A stretch of DNA of 64,000 bases, from NCBI RefSeq assembly GCF_000315625.1, contig NW_005434498.1, forward strand, positions 30,478 to 94,477, read 5' to 3'. How positions within the stretch are numbered: the stretch's first letter is position 1; each line of letters opens with the position of its first letter. The notes under the pieces were generated by a model, which made no database searches, was not told where the DNA came from, and was given only the letters and a program-made list of their open reading frames with translations. The DNA comes from Guillardia theta CCMP2712. Taxonomy: Eukaryota; Protista; Cryptophyta. The position numbers and the translations under genes are program-made. Positions 11,962 to 25,600 of this stretch are shown in pieces.

Positions 11962-12185
11962 TCCATAATTTCGACGGAAAACTTAGAATTTTGAAATTTT
12001 ATGTTTTGTGTCGTTTAGCTAATAATCCTCTACCCACCCATTCCATCAAATTCCTTCCGCAATAGAAACAAGAGAGAACCACGACTTTTACTAAGTTGTC
12101 AAACATCGCAACATGTTGCCGTGACGAGCCATCATCACTGATTGAAAGTGACTTGGTAGACGGGGTCATCATCCCGGATGAATAG

Positions 12186-13928
12186 TTATGCAGTCGCGCC
12201 TTGGCACGATGATCCATTTCCAGCTGTACCTGTTGGAAACCATCACAATCTATCGGACACAGAAGAAAGACTCACATCCGAAGCAATGGCTGTCAGCTAC
12301 CACAGCAAGTCCTCTGAGCTCTTCCAAGCTTTGAACATCGAAAACCGTTGGCGAGCTAAAGCGAAAAATGAGATAAAGGCCACTAAAAGGAGGACAGACT
12401 CAACCTCAACTTGTTGACTTTCATCCCCAACGCCAATTGCTGATTGAAGTCACAATCATACATCTTCCCGTCATACCCGACGGACACCTACTTTGGAGTT
12501 ACTCTTCGCGCTAGCTGCACTTCAAGCAAACATCACAAGATTCGTGCACATCAACCCATCCACGGTTGCGAGGTTGAAGTTGCGGACCAGGAGGTCCATA
12601 TACCTGATGGCAGATCAAAGAGAAGGTACAGAGATAATGGAATGCTCACTCTTGAAGTTCTCCCCGTCGATACAGAAAGTCAGCAAATCTCTTGATGGGC
12701 ATATTCGAAAGTGTGAACAAGGAGTTGAACACGATCCCAAAATGGGTAGAAAGCTCCGTTTTGTATCTAGCTCATTGACCGTTCAGACACTCAAATTTCG
12801 ACAAAAAGACAGACTTTTCTTCAAGGGCTTTCTGTTCTGGTGGGAGAAAACCTCCAAGCGGGTTGTAGATGAGATCCAACACAAGGCCGCTACCTTCTGC
12901 ACCGTAGCCAGCCTGGTTCCTGCACAAGAATAAGCATCGAGTACAGCATCACAAAGGAAAAACAAACAATTTCATTAGGCCATGAATGCTCTTCTCAAAC
13001 ACTCCACTCCCACGCTGAGTGTCCACATTCTTGAGGCTGTAACAGGGAAGTGAAGCAATGACTCGAACCTATTGACGTATGAGTGATTCTAATTGATTTG
13101 CGACAGTGACACTCACTTTGTGCTTGACTAAGAAATCTACAAGGTCTTCCTGACCTGGTTCTGTCAATACCTGCTTATAGTTTACAAATGAACCTGGTAG
13201 ATATTCTCTCATTTGCAAACCGTGAGATTGCATCGGTCAATAATCTCTTTGTTTCGAGCGCTTGCTTCCGAGACCAAGAATCTGAACTGATCGTTAAGCT
13301 CAGGAGCACCTCCAGTAAGATCAATTGTCTTGATAGAAGGCGATTTGTCCAACAGTTCAATGCATCTTTTTGCAACTTCCTTCGACATCATTTCTTTCCT
13401 TTTGGGAGAGCTCTCTACATGGCAATGATTGCATGCCTGGTTGCAGTACAAACCAATGTTCAGCTGCAATATTTCAACTTCCGATTTCTTAAGAGAAACA
13501 TTTCTATCAGCGAGGAACTTATCGAAAGAAGGAACGCCGAGGTTGTCGAGGGCCCGCCTTCTATTCTTTCGTTCCTCCATTGTTAGCCGCTGCTGACCAA
13601 GTTCCTTGAGATTTCTTGCAGTTGTTTTGTGATCTTCATCCTCTTCAACATGCCTCATACTATCTGGTATTAGAGATGCTGAAGTTCTGCCTCTGATTTC
13701 TTCGATTTTTTTCTCCCTGACCTTCCTCAACTCAATTCTATGTTGATGTACGTTGACATCTGTGTTGAAATCTGGTGTGACATTGAACATTCTGGACAAC
13801 GAGGGAGATCGAGCAGAAAGGGGAGTCGAAGAAACAGAGTCAAATGGAAGAACACATTGACGAAGTGCTTGGTTTCCTTGTCGCCATATTCCTCGCGCAG
13901 AGCAAGCTCCAGGCATCCCCCGCACCAT
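12186..13928 (-). CDS. arsS: ArsS-family radical SAM / Cys-rich C-terminal domain protein (arsenosugar biosynthesis type) with an N-terminal organellar-presequence-like extension, multi-exon
   Basis: LQLNIGLYCNQACNHCHVESSP (CxxxCxxC), DLTGGAPELN, IDRCNLT; the spliced C-terminus reads SHCFGC TAGNGSSCQGATA*. The N-terminus is rich in R/S/A. Confidence 0.85.
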
Positions 13929-15120
13929 CACAGCAACCACTGCGAGGGCCTTGTGAGTGCGGCCTCCGGGCCGGGAGACCGGGAGATCCCCTAATTTCTT
14001 TGACCATTGGATAACTTAACTTTAGTGAGTAAAATATAAGTACTGAAAATCACTACTGCCCTCTGTGGCATTGCAGCTCCCCGTGAGACCGCCCCCTTCC
14101 CCCAGCAATCGAACACTAAACAACAGGTGGGGTATCATTGCTACCATACTAGGGTGGGGGTGGATGCTGGATGCTCAGGGACTACCCCCACCAAACTCCT
14201 GATTTGATCCACTACCGCTCGTACCAATTGTATTGCGCCAGAGACGGAACCCCTACCCTGCTCCTTGAATGCTCACCACCCCTCTTTATACTATCAGAGA
14301 GGACAGTGAATAAAAAGGTGGGGTTACGCGAAGAGACATTCCCCAAGCGCCGCGACCATGATCTTCGCCCTTGTTCCCTTGAAGTAAGAAATGCAGTTAA
14401 ACGAGTCCTGTTGGTGTACAGACCCTCCAATATCCATGTCGAATCTCTTCTGATTTGATTCGTCCCTCTACTGTTCTTCGTGCGTGCGTCACCTTGAACA
14501 ATTCATCTGGAATGATCCATTTGAATTGGACGACGTTTTGTGCCCCGATCTCCTTTTCTACCCTGCTGATCTTGCCTCATTCCATCTTCTTTATGCGTTT
14601 GCTTGTATTCGGTTGGAATTTAACAAAGATTTTACTGTGGTATTGTTGCTTGCCTTGGCGATGACTACTTCATTTTGTTTCTGGATTCTTTGCACCAAAC
14701 AGCATTGATGTTGTGGCTCTAAATGTTTTGCACCCCTGCTTCAAATGTGTCTACTTTTGATTAAACCTTATAGATTATACATAATCTCTGTGTATGTTGC
14801 AACATTCATTATTTGTTTGCAAAAAATAATTCTAGATGTCTCGTGATAATCTGCAGTTCAGTCCTTTCCTGGTGTGAATTTGACAAATCTACCATGAAAA
14901 TCATGGTCATCTCGTGGCATTGATTTGAACTTGTAGGGCTCTCTCTTCCTCCTTCACTAGGATGGACGACACCACCTTGGACGGAACCCCTGGTATCCCT
15001 CTGTGGTATGATGGCTTTGGTTTGATTGGCGTATTTTACAGCTTCGGGCGCCTGGTCCATCGTCGACTCCTTCCATGCTCCGTAAGCTTCAGATGTAGTC
15101 GTTTAAGATTTTTAATCTGA

Positions 15121-16689
15121 TCATTCAGGTTGGACAATCCTTCGTACACGACCTCCGTTCCCATCGACACCCGCTACGGTGGAGGAGCCGGCACTGGTTA
15201 TTCCGCTGGCTACTTCAGCGGTGGCAGCACCCCTGTTGGTGATGGAATTTCTCCTGCAAGCTACGGAACTAGCCTCCCGTATTACGGCTACTAAATGTTG
15301 TGCAACAACTTGCATCAAGTTACTTGATTCAGTGAAGTGTACTATCTGGACCCCTGAAAAAAACACTGATTTATTGTAAAGCAAGAAATCCATGTGAATG
15401 GTAAATGAATTAAGTCGATAGATGCTAACTCGTCGAAAGGCGCTGCTTCTGTCGGAAGAATCCATGACTGCAATTGTGAGAACGCCTTCAGTTCAAAGGA
15501 ATCTTTTGCGTTTGCATAGCACGTTCCAACTGAATTGCGCTGAAACATAAATTTCAGCTAGAGCAGATACATATGAAACAGGATACCTTCTTTGATTCTC
15601 CATCTCGAGGGTACGGATACCTGACAACAATTTTCAGAGAAGGTAATCTAGGAAATGAAATGTCGTTACGTTCGACAAGCATATCGATTTGAGCCTTGCC
15701 ATCCGCGATAACTTGTTTGAGGACCTGGCTCTCCTCGCTCTCCACTTGGAATCGCATACAACTGTGTAAGTTTTGTGAGATTGCTACAACCCAGCTCCTA
15801 TAGAGAGTAGCAACCTGTCCTCAAGCTGAGCGCATTTGTTGCGATATTCATCAACTTGTTCTCCGAGTGAAGAAATGACTTTATCCTGCCCCTCAAACAA
15901 GCGGATTCTGTGCAGATTCATAAATTTTCGATGAAAAGTCAATTAAGAAGTTACAGTTCACCTCTCTTTCAACTCCTGATTTTGACGTTCGTACAATTGG
16001 CAGCTCATCTCCAACTTCGCACATTTCTCGTTGACCTCAGTGTAAGCTTTGCCGAGCTCATCAACCTATTTTCGCCTCAAATCAGAACTCAAACAGAAGA
16101 CGAAATACAATATGATCTACACCATGTTCTGACGAGTGAGGTTGGAATCGAGCTCTTTCTTGTACTGCTGGCAAGCCGCATCGAGCTTCGTGCACTCGCC
16201 CCTGTACTTGCTGAGCTGTCTGTTGAGCTGCATCACAACATTCTTCGCGTTGTTGGCAAAAGAGGTTTTTTCTTGGAGTTTGTCTGAGAGATCCTGTATG
16301 GTCCTCATGGCTTCACGAAGCTTCTCTTCCGGGTTGGCTCTTACTCCAAGATCTGAGTTGAATGAACCAGGCATAGCTGGTGGCATACTCAGGCCAGAAA
16401 ATCCCATACCCGCATTCATAACAGCTTGATTTGCACCAAGATCATAGGAGATGTACTGCATGGGCACCGTTTGCGTCGGGACGGCGGCGCTGACGCCGAC
16501 CTGCGATGGCTGAACCTGCACAGCGCCTGGCAAAAATGCGAACTGCTGCTGCACTCCCATGTCTGTTGCAGAAAGACCAAAAGGAATCTGAGTGGAGTAG
16601 ATGGAGGGATCGAACTGCTGGACTGGCATGCCAGGGTAGTAGATAGTCTGAACGTCTCCAGTCTGCTGGGCACTAAGGGGAAGCGGCAT
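15121..16689 (-). CDS. Hypothetical protein with a Q/P/M-rich N-terminus and central coiled coil, multi-exon
   Basis: ORF segments 16117-16689, 15554-15757 and 15121-15465 lie on the same strand with GT..AG junctions between them. Heptad-like segment EEKLREAMRTIQDLSDKLQEK. The 3' end is uncertain. Confidence 0.55.
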
Positions 16690-17439
16690 TGTGCGCCTCC
16701 GTTCCTGCCGCGTCGGCCACCCCCAAGGACAGAGAAAGGGGAAGGGGGTGCAGATTTCCGATAATTTGTGATAGCAATTTCAAATAGTTTGCTGAATTTG
16801 ATTGTTGTGCGTTGTCCAATCACACAGCTTCAAAGAAACTATTACAGCAGTATGTAAAAAACATTTCGTGGAGCAACAATTGGAAACAAAGATTTGGTAT
16901 TTTCAAATAATACTGGGAAAGGATACAAAGCTATCTTGATGACTACCTATCTCGGAATGAACATGCAGCCACCCCACCCCTTCCAACATACCCCGCTTCC
17001 CACCACCGTACCACCACTCCGTCAGAGGATCTCGCTGTCACTTGACCCTTGCTCCATAAGCTTGAATACCCACCGGTACACTGCAGGTACACAATCTATA
17101 GAAATGACCCGTTTTCTAAGTACCCTACCCCGTTTCAATCCACAACTGAGCCAATCATTTGAAATCAGCCGTTATACCTCATCCCACCCTACCCCCTCAC
17201 GAGTCAATAACGCTAAAAGAGTACCCTATTGAGGCAATACAGGGGACCCCACAACATCCTATTTCAACTCAGGGAACCCCATGTGATGGGTCCAGTCCAG
17301 TCAACGGTACAAGGTACAAGGACTGTCATGAAATATAGTGAGCCCTCATCCGCATGAATGCAACCAGACTCAACGTGACTACGGCCTGCCGCAACTTGAA
17401 CCGGGCCCGGCGCCCTCAGGAGTTTCAGCACCGCGGCCT

Positions 17440-17762
17440 CTTGTACTAGTCCAAAGTCACGCAGATATCACATCGACCTTAATCTCAACAAGACAGTTTT
17501 TGCTCAAGACCGAGTTTAATTAATCAATCGCGGCACACGAAACCAGAATTGAGGAGCACATGAGAGATAGACTGCCACGGTATGCTAGGATGTGAAACCC
17601 AAGCATCCAGACATGAGGGGACCTTAGCAAGACGGCTAGGAAGGCCTCCTCTTCGTCACACGTACTACATTGCCGCCTGCCACGTAACGGTCGTCTTGGT
17701 TTACAGGAGAGTTTTTGTTAACTCGGCGCTATCTGACTGGCACGGCTGGCATACGTTCCATC
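17440..17762 (+). repeat. Dispersed repeat, copy A (about 320 bp)
   Basis: Nearly identical to 18628-18930, from cttgtactagtccaaagtcacgcagatatc to ggcatacgttccatc, apart from short insertions. Confidence 0.95.
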
Positions 17763-18627
17763 CTCCCCCCGAGTTTCTGAAATAGTACGTTAAATCGGAC
17801 GTCAGAAAGTCACACAACAAGAATGTCAGCAGATCCAAGTCAAGATACGATGATACAACGTCAAGTTCACAGTCATGCTGAGTGGGCAATAACCATTCAA
17901 GGATTGTCCATTCTGAAGAAGATTTTCATGCAGGGCTATTACTCGGATGTGCAGTGCAGAGATAAGGGAGATGCCTGGCGAGCTGATGCAATAACGAGAG
18001 AAGGAGGATAAGATAAGAGAGTCTGAGGAGAGAACTTCGGAGTTCAGATAACAGAGAGAGAGAGACTCCCGAGAGACGGCGTGCCCGCCGGCATTTGAAG
18101 ACCAAAAGATAAATTTTGAACCGTAAAGAACTTGTGACCAGAGATTGCTGCCGCGAGATGGAACATCCGTTTCAAGGCATTCGAAGATTGTTGTGCAGTT
18201 GTACCTTGTTCGCCGATCCAGAAGTAGCTCCAGTTATGCATGCCACAGCCTAGCTCCATGACATGAAAACTTCAATAAGAATCGAATCAGCTTCAAGTGC
18301 GTTTCCACACGGTTAAGCAGATATTCGACCGACCAATCTGGCTGGGGAAAGGCTTGTTTTTCCTATTCGAAGATCAATCAAACAAATTGAGGCTGAGATG
18401 AGACTCCTAAACAACTTGGCTTGCGGCTAGAAAGAGAGCCTGATTGAAGAGAGGAGTCATCCGAATGTGTAAAGCTTGATAGAATTTGCATGAATTTTCA
18501 ACAGCAACGGGAAAACAATACCAAGAAAGAAAAAACTCCAGTAAACAATTCAACTAACCAAATATAAGATCAACATGATTGAGCATGTAATCGAGGCTCA
18601 TAACCGACGTAATACAAGTTTGTTAGA

Positions 18628-18930
18628 CTTGTACTAGTCCAAAGTCACGCAGATATCACATCGACCTTAATCTCAACAAGACAGTTTTTGCTCAAGACCG
18701 AGTTTAATGCACACGAAACCAGAATTGAGGAGCACATGAGAGATAGACTGTATGCTAGGATGTGAAACCCAAGCATCCAGACATGAGGGGACCTTAGCAA
18801 GACGGCTAGGAAGGCCTCCTCTTCGTCACACGTACTACATTGCCGCCTGCCACGTAAGTCGTCTTGGTTTACAGGAGAGTTTTTGTTAACTCGGCGCTAT
18901 CTGACTGGCCGGGCTGGCATACGTTCCATC
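18628..18930 (+). repeat. Dispersed repeat, copy B (most compact copy)
   Basis: Direct repeat of 17440-17762. Confidence 0.95.
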
Positions 18931-18992
18931 AACAGGCTTTGCCGCACTGCGCTGCGCCGTACCGTCACTCTGTTCCGAAGTAAGGCGGCCCT

Positions 18993-19270
18993 TCAACTAA
19001 CCAAACAAAGATCAACATGATTAACTTGTACTAGTCCAAAGTCACGCAGATATCCGAGTTCCGCCGGGCCCCGGTGACGGACGAAGCACAAGTTTGTTAG
19101 ACTTGTACTGTGCCAAAGTCACGCAGATATAGTTGTAACAAGCCTGAAGACAGGCCCAAGTTTTTGCTCAGCCAAGACCGAGTTTAATGCCGCACAGTGG
19201 CACTGCGAAACTTGACCGTACTGAGAATTGCTGAGGGATAGCACTGCTGAGTAGAAAACTGAGCCCTGCA
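18993..19270 (+). repeat. Partial and insertion-riddled copies C and D of the same repeat and its 5' flank
   Basis: tcaactaaccaaa..aagatcaacatgatt matches about 18550-18580. cttgtactagtccaaagtcacgcagatatc recurs at about 19025. Region 19089-19260 aligns to 18615-18750 with many small insertions. Confidence 0.85.
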
Positions 19271-19602
19271 TGAAACTTTCAAAATCCGTCGGAGTTCAAG
19301 GCTTCAAGAAATGATCACCGGGACAAATTTTGAAACCGTCACGTTTCGGCCTTGAACACTGAAAAAACTTGTACACCGAGGCTCCGTCAGAAATCGCGCG
19401 TCACGATGACAAGGCTTACCGGGGGCCGGCGTACCGGGTAGGCTCCGACTCGTCAGATAGCGCCTGACCGACACCCGGCCCGGCGCCCCCGGGCCGCCGC
19501 CCGGCCCCGGGCCCCGAACTTGTACTTTTCCCAAAAGTTTTAGTCATATTCTTTGAGTAATTCTATCGCTGTTGGGCCGAATGGCGGGATAACGGGCGGA
19601 GG

Positions 19603-22600
19603 ATGGAAGGAAGTGGCAGAGAACTTGGAGGAGGAGGTGGTGGCGGCGGTGGAGGATCTGTAGCTGGAGCAGCAGGAGTTTCTACTCAGGTAAGGCTCAA
19701 CGCAATGAATAGGATTTACTTACTGCTGCTCATCAGGATAAACCAAAGCCAGGACAAGCAGCAGCAAAAGGGATGGACGTGGTTAGTTCTCGTCTCCAAG
19801 TGTTTCCATATAGTCATTTCGATATCCTGCAGGAAAACCTCAAAAAGAGATTTGAACAAGCTCACAAGACGGGAAAGTTAGACATGATCAATATGGGTCT
19901 GCCCATCTTCCCAAAAGATATTTTTTCCATTCCCAGTTTGAAGTCCTTATCCCTTTCAGACAATCAGATCAAAGTAATCCCAAAGGAGATTGGCATGCTC
20001 ACGGCCCTTTTTCAATTGCGATTGAATGGCAATCAATTGTCCAGTTTACCATCAGAGATGGGAAATCTAACAAACTTGCAAACTTTATGGGTTCAGAACA
20101 ACAAATTCGTTGATGTTCCGAGTGAGATCCAAACCCTGACGGGGCTCACTGCACTTTCCATAAGTGGCAACAAATTTTCTTACCTTCCTTCTTTCTTTTG
20201 TGATATGACTTCCCTCAAGGATCTGCATGTTGAAAGTTCTAATCTGAAATCTCCACCCCTCGCAATCGCTTCCAAGGGTGCAAAGGCCATCATCGATTAC
20301 CTTGCCACAATAGTCAGAAGTGCTACTTCTGGAAGCCTTGTCCTCTCAGGCCTACTTCTTGACTTTTTCCCTCCGGATGCAGGAATGTTATCGACGCTCA
20401 CACGACTGGACATTTCGGACAATCAAATACAAGCTTTGTCTGACGATATAGCAGGACTTATCTCACTCATCTCTCTTGATGCAAGCAAGAACAAGATCAA
20501 AACTATCTCGGGTGAAATCAAGAACCTTACTAGTCTGACGCTTCTATCCCTTGAAAAGAACCAAATACAAGAACTGCCCTTTCAGCTTTGCTTCTGCAGC
20601 CGTCTCTTGGACCTCCGCATAAAGGACAACCCCTTGCAGTCTCCTCCACCAAATGTAGTATCTAAAGGTTGTTTCGATTTGGTTTGCTTTGCAAATTGAA
20701 CATGATATTTGGTGAACAGGTATACACTTCGTCCTTGAGTATGGAAGGAGGTATTACAACGCTTTGGAGGACAAAGTATTGAACCTGAGTGGAATGGATT
20801 TGAACGAAGTTCCCAATGAAGTTTCAAAAGTGCCAAAATTGAATTCTATAATTCTGGATGAAAATAATCTTGAAAAATTGTCAACCAAGGGATCAGATAT
20901 CTTGTCCATGATTCCTGCTCTAAAATCTCTCAGCCTGAGTAAGAATCCGTGGACAAATGTTCTGATTGATAGTTTGCAGAAGTTGAGCGCACTTGAGTCT
21001 TTAACGTTCGATTACATTGCATTCAAGCAGCTTGGTGACGTTGTGAACAGTCTCAAGAATGTTAAAGAGCTGACACTAAGAGGAAATGGGATAAATTCAA
21101 TACCCCAGGAAGTGGGGAAAGTTGGACAACTGAACAAACTTGATCTTGGATCCAATCAGTTGCAAGATTTACCAGCATTCATTGGCCACTTGACAGCATT
21201 GAAATCTCTCATACTGGATAAAAATGTCTTCTTCACAGTACCTGACATTTTGAAAATTGTTGGGACAAGATTATCAAGCCTTAATTTTGCAAATAACATG
21301 ATATCTGAAATTCCTGGATTTTTTTATTCTTTTTCTGATCTTGTTTCCTTGAATCTGTCTGCAAACAGAATATCAAAAATTGATTCAGCAATAATGAATC
21401 TATCTTCATTAGAATGTTTCTATTTTGAAGATAATGCCATAGAGAATCTTCCGGTACAGTTTGGTTATCTTTCGAAACTGAAAGATATTTCCTGGAGGGG
21501 AAATAAACTTCGTGTCCCTCCGGAAGTTCTTGATGGAGGATTGATTTTGTCATGTTCACCTTCTACAAATGAGATTGGTGCCCAAAAATGTGTACAGTAT
21601 TACAGTATTTTATTGAAGGCCATGGAATCAAACGACCTCGATTTGCATGGGTTCGAGCTTTGCTCATTTCCTCACGACATCGAACAATTGACAGCATTGA
21701 CGAAGTTATCTTTGCAAGACAACAAATTGAATTTTATCTCCGAAACTGTTCATGTTCTTCGAAACTTGAAAGTGTTCTCTGTAAGCTCAAATCGCATTGA
21801 AGTTTTGCCATCCTCCCTTGGATCATTGTCAGAATTGGAGGAATTGGATCTCAGTTCTAATTGCATACAAACGTTGCCAGTTGAAATCGGACTTCTGAAA
21901 AACTTGAAGACTTTGAATCTTCAAGACAACCCGCTCACCGGACCCTTGCAAGACTTGGCTCTGAGAGGAATTCCTGATATTTTGGCATATTTTCGATTAA
22001 TTCTTGACGCGAGAAGAACCAAAGAGCTAAATTTAGCTTTTCAAGGCTTTCGATATTTTCCCATTGAAGCATTGTACATTAATGGACTCAAAACTCTCTT
22101 TGTAAATGATAATCAGATCAAAAGCATACCAGAATCACTTGGACCTATGTTGACTTCTCTTGTACATTTGGATGTCTCAAATAACGAAATCGATCTATTA
22201 CCTTTCACCTTGGCTGAACTTACCTCCCTGACAATTCTCAACCTATCTGGCAACACTTTCAAAAATCTACCACCAACTCTTGGTAAAATCACTTCGATTA
22301 AGGAGCTCAAACTTGCAAATAGTGTATTAGAAGCACCACCGGAAGATGTTATAGATCGTGGTGGAGCTGCAATTATGGCGTATTTGCGCTCTTTTCATGT
22401 TGGGAATAGAACAGGTGTCCTTTCTCTAAGTCGGATGAGTTTAGCTCTGTTGCCTCTCACAATGGCGGTCAAAGAAAGGATCACAGAACTTGATTGCAGC
22501 AAGAATCAATTGGAGGTTTTACCTGATGAAATTGGATTGTTAGTCAATTGCAAGACCATGCTTTTAGATTATAACCTTCTTACATCAATACCCGACAGTT

Positions 22601-25600
22601 TGCAACAATTACAAAGTCTCGAAAATCTAAGTATGGATGGAAACAGGCTGTTGAATCTGCCTCGCAACCTGCACATGTTGACTTCGCTAAAAGATATTTC
22701 TTTCGTCGATAACAAAATTACAAACCTTCCGACGTCCATGGCAAATTTGACGAATCTTACAAGAATAGGATTGGATGCAAGTAAGATGAATTCTCCCCCT
22801 CGAGAAGTGTGCATGCAGGGAACAAAGAAAATCCTCCAATTCTGCAGCATAATCTTGGAAGCTCCGTATACAGATGCCATTGACTTGGGAGGTTTTGGTT
22901 TGAGATCGTTGCCAGAAGAGGTAAATTACATGTCGACGTTGCAAACCCTCAAATTGTACAACAATTACATTACGGTGGTCTCAAATGAGCTGGGAAGTGT
23001 AACAAGCCTGACAGAGCTATGGCTGTCCTTCAACCAGTTGAAAAAGCTGCCCCAAGCAATCGGTCAACTTGCTGGCTTGATCCGCCTAAACGTGGAGAAC
23101 AATCAAATTAGTTCCTTACCGCCTCAAATAGGACAATTGACGACTCTGAGGGAATTATGGGCCAATGACAATGCAATAACACAAATCCCTCCAGTCATTG
23201 GTTTGCTTGTTGAGCTACGTGAAGTTCGACTATCCAATAACTCTCTTTCTAATTTACCAAACGAAGTTTGTCAGCTTGGGGAACTCAAACAATTGCGAAT
23301 TTCAAACAATCAAATCAGAGCATTGCCAAATAACTTTCACCTCTTGACGTCTTTGACGGAATTATCGCTTTCTGGAAATCCTATCACAGCATTACCTGTG
23401 AGTATGGGAGCAATGGCAGATCATTTACGTAAATTGCACATTGATCCAAAGTACATCGAACTACCTCCAGCTGAAATTGCAGTTAGAGGGGTTTCCCAAG
23501 CACTAGGCTTTCTCCAGCTTGTAAAATCTGCGGAGAGTTCTCTGCACTTGAGTCTTGATGGTTTGGGTCTCACTGAATTTCCGAAAGGGGTCTTGTGGAT
23601 GACAGATTTGACCAACTTATCCATCCAGTCAAATGCATTGACTGAATTGCCGGAAGACATTGGAATCTTCACTGAATTAAAGAATTTGGACCTTGAGAGT
23701 AACCAGTTGAAAACTCTCCCCGCAGCAATCGGCCAACTCACAAAGCTTCAGGTGTTGAATTTGTACAAAAATCCTATGCAAATCCTGCCGCCGGAAGTCG
23801 GTCAGCTGAAAATGTTGAAAACTTTAGACGTTGATTTTCAAAACTTGCAAGTGCCACCAAAGGAAGTCGTTCAGGAAGGGGACGCTTCGAGGGTTCTTAA
23901 ATATCTTCGCCTGTTTGTGACCGCAAGGGAGACAGGAGAGCTTTTAGTAGACAAGTACGGGCTCTTGACTGTTCCTCCAGATGTCATGTCGTTCACCTTT
24001 GTGAAGAGGATTGTTCTCAGTTACAACAAGCTCAAGATTTTGCCAATGGATTTTGGTGTCTTTGTGGAGTTAGAAGAACTTCTCTTAGATCACAATCAGC
24101 TGCAGAAGCTGAATGCTAGTGTCGGCTCACTGTTGCAATTGAAGACGTTGCACCTACAGTCAAATAACCTTCACGACTTACCGAATTCGATTCGAAAGCT
24201 GAAGAATTTAGAAGAATTGTGTTTACATGACAACCAGTTGGAAAGTCTCCCGTCTGGCCTTTGGACGTTGAACAATCTCAAAACAATAAGCCTCGAGAAC
24301 AATCAATTGCGAGTTCCTCCTGATGTAGTGATCACAAAGGGGACGCGAGCAATCATGTCTTATCTTAAGATGATCGACTCTGCAGTGACAACGTTCCGGG
24401 TGGATTTGAGTTCAATGGGGCTCACGGATTTTCCAACAGAAGTCCTTAGCATGAGTGGGATCACAGACCTGAAACTGTCAAATAATTACCTGCAGAGGAT
24501 TCCTCCAGAGATTGCTGGGATGGCCTATTTGTCGAGGCTGCAAGTAGCTTATAATCAGTTGACGAGCTTGCCAACGAATATCGGTTTGTTACCTGCCCTC
24601 TCGCGTTTGAATCTGGAAGGCAATCAGTTGAGCCTTTTGTCTCCTGCCATCGGAATGTTGACTTTGCTGGAAGCTTTGAAGGTGGACTTCAATATGATCC
24701 AAATTCTTCCGCCAGAAATTGGCAACCTGAGAAACCTTGAAGATCTGAGTATCTGCAACAATCAGGTCAAGACCCTTCCGCCTGAGCTCTTCAAATTAAC
24801 TAAACTGCGGCGTTTGGCGATCTCAAATAACAGTTTAAATTCCATTTCTGGAGAGATTTCGCTTCTGACAGGTTTGCAAAGTTTGGTGACAACGGGAAAC
24901 CGCATTCGGATTCTTCCTCCTTCAGTTTGGCGTCTTGTGAACCTTCGAGAAATAGATGTAGGGGGGGAGGGTACTGAATCGCCCCCCCCCGAGATTGTTG
25001 AGCGTGGCCCTGCTGCCTTCCTAGCCTTCCACAAGTCAATAGAAGACAGTTGGAAAGATTATGAATTGCACATGGTCAACATTGGTCTCAAAGGCTTGCC
25101 CAATGCGGTAGCTGAACTAGTCAAAGTCACGAAGTTGAATTTGTCTAACAATGAGATTGAGAGCATCTCTGATAGAATTGGTGAGATGTACAACCTGCAG
25201 CAGATAGACTTTAGCAACAATCAAATATCCAGCATTTCGTATAGCATAGGATTGCTGACTGCATTGACCAGCCTAAATCTAAAGAACAATCGGCTGAGTA
25301 GTTTGCCTTTCTCTTTAGGAAATCTGCCCACTCTGAACTTTCTTGATCTGGAAGGAAACAACTTGGAGTCACCCATCAAGGAGATATGGCCGAATGGAAC
25401 AGAGGTTGTCATTGAGTACCTGAGAAGTGTCTTTGTCGGTGCCAAGACGCGTGAGTTGGATTTGAGCAACATGAATCTAAGTTCATTCCCTCCTGAGATC
25501 GCAGATGTGCAGGGACTGAGATATCTCAGCCTCAATTCTAACAATATCAATGGAATTCCAGGGAAGATTGGCATGCTTACCGATTTGACTTATCTCTCAG

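Noticed and set aside
10358-12039. Terminal inverted repeats for the Fanzor element (gggtgggta / tacccaccc)
   Set aside because: Only 9 bp long and identical in kind to the TACCC motif common in intergenic DNA throughout the window; no target-site duplication seen.
12186-12235. Selenocysteine in the ArsS C-terminal motif
   Set aside because: The codon is TGC (GSSC), not TGA.
14397-14669. Minus-strand reading frame of about 90 codons with one in-frame TGA (possible selenoprotein or readthrough)
   Set aside because: No redox motif context, start codon or recognisable family; more likely a gene relic or chance.
17440-19270. CRISPR-like array from the recurring cttgtactagtccaaagtcacgcagatat
   Set aside because: The copies are irregularly spaced parts of longer duplications, with no uniform spacers and no cas genes.
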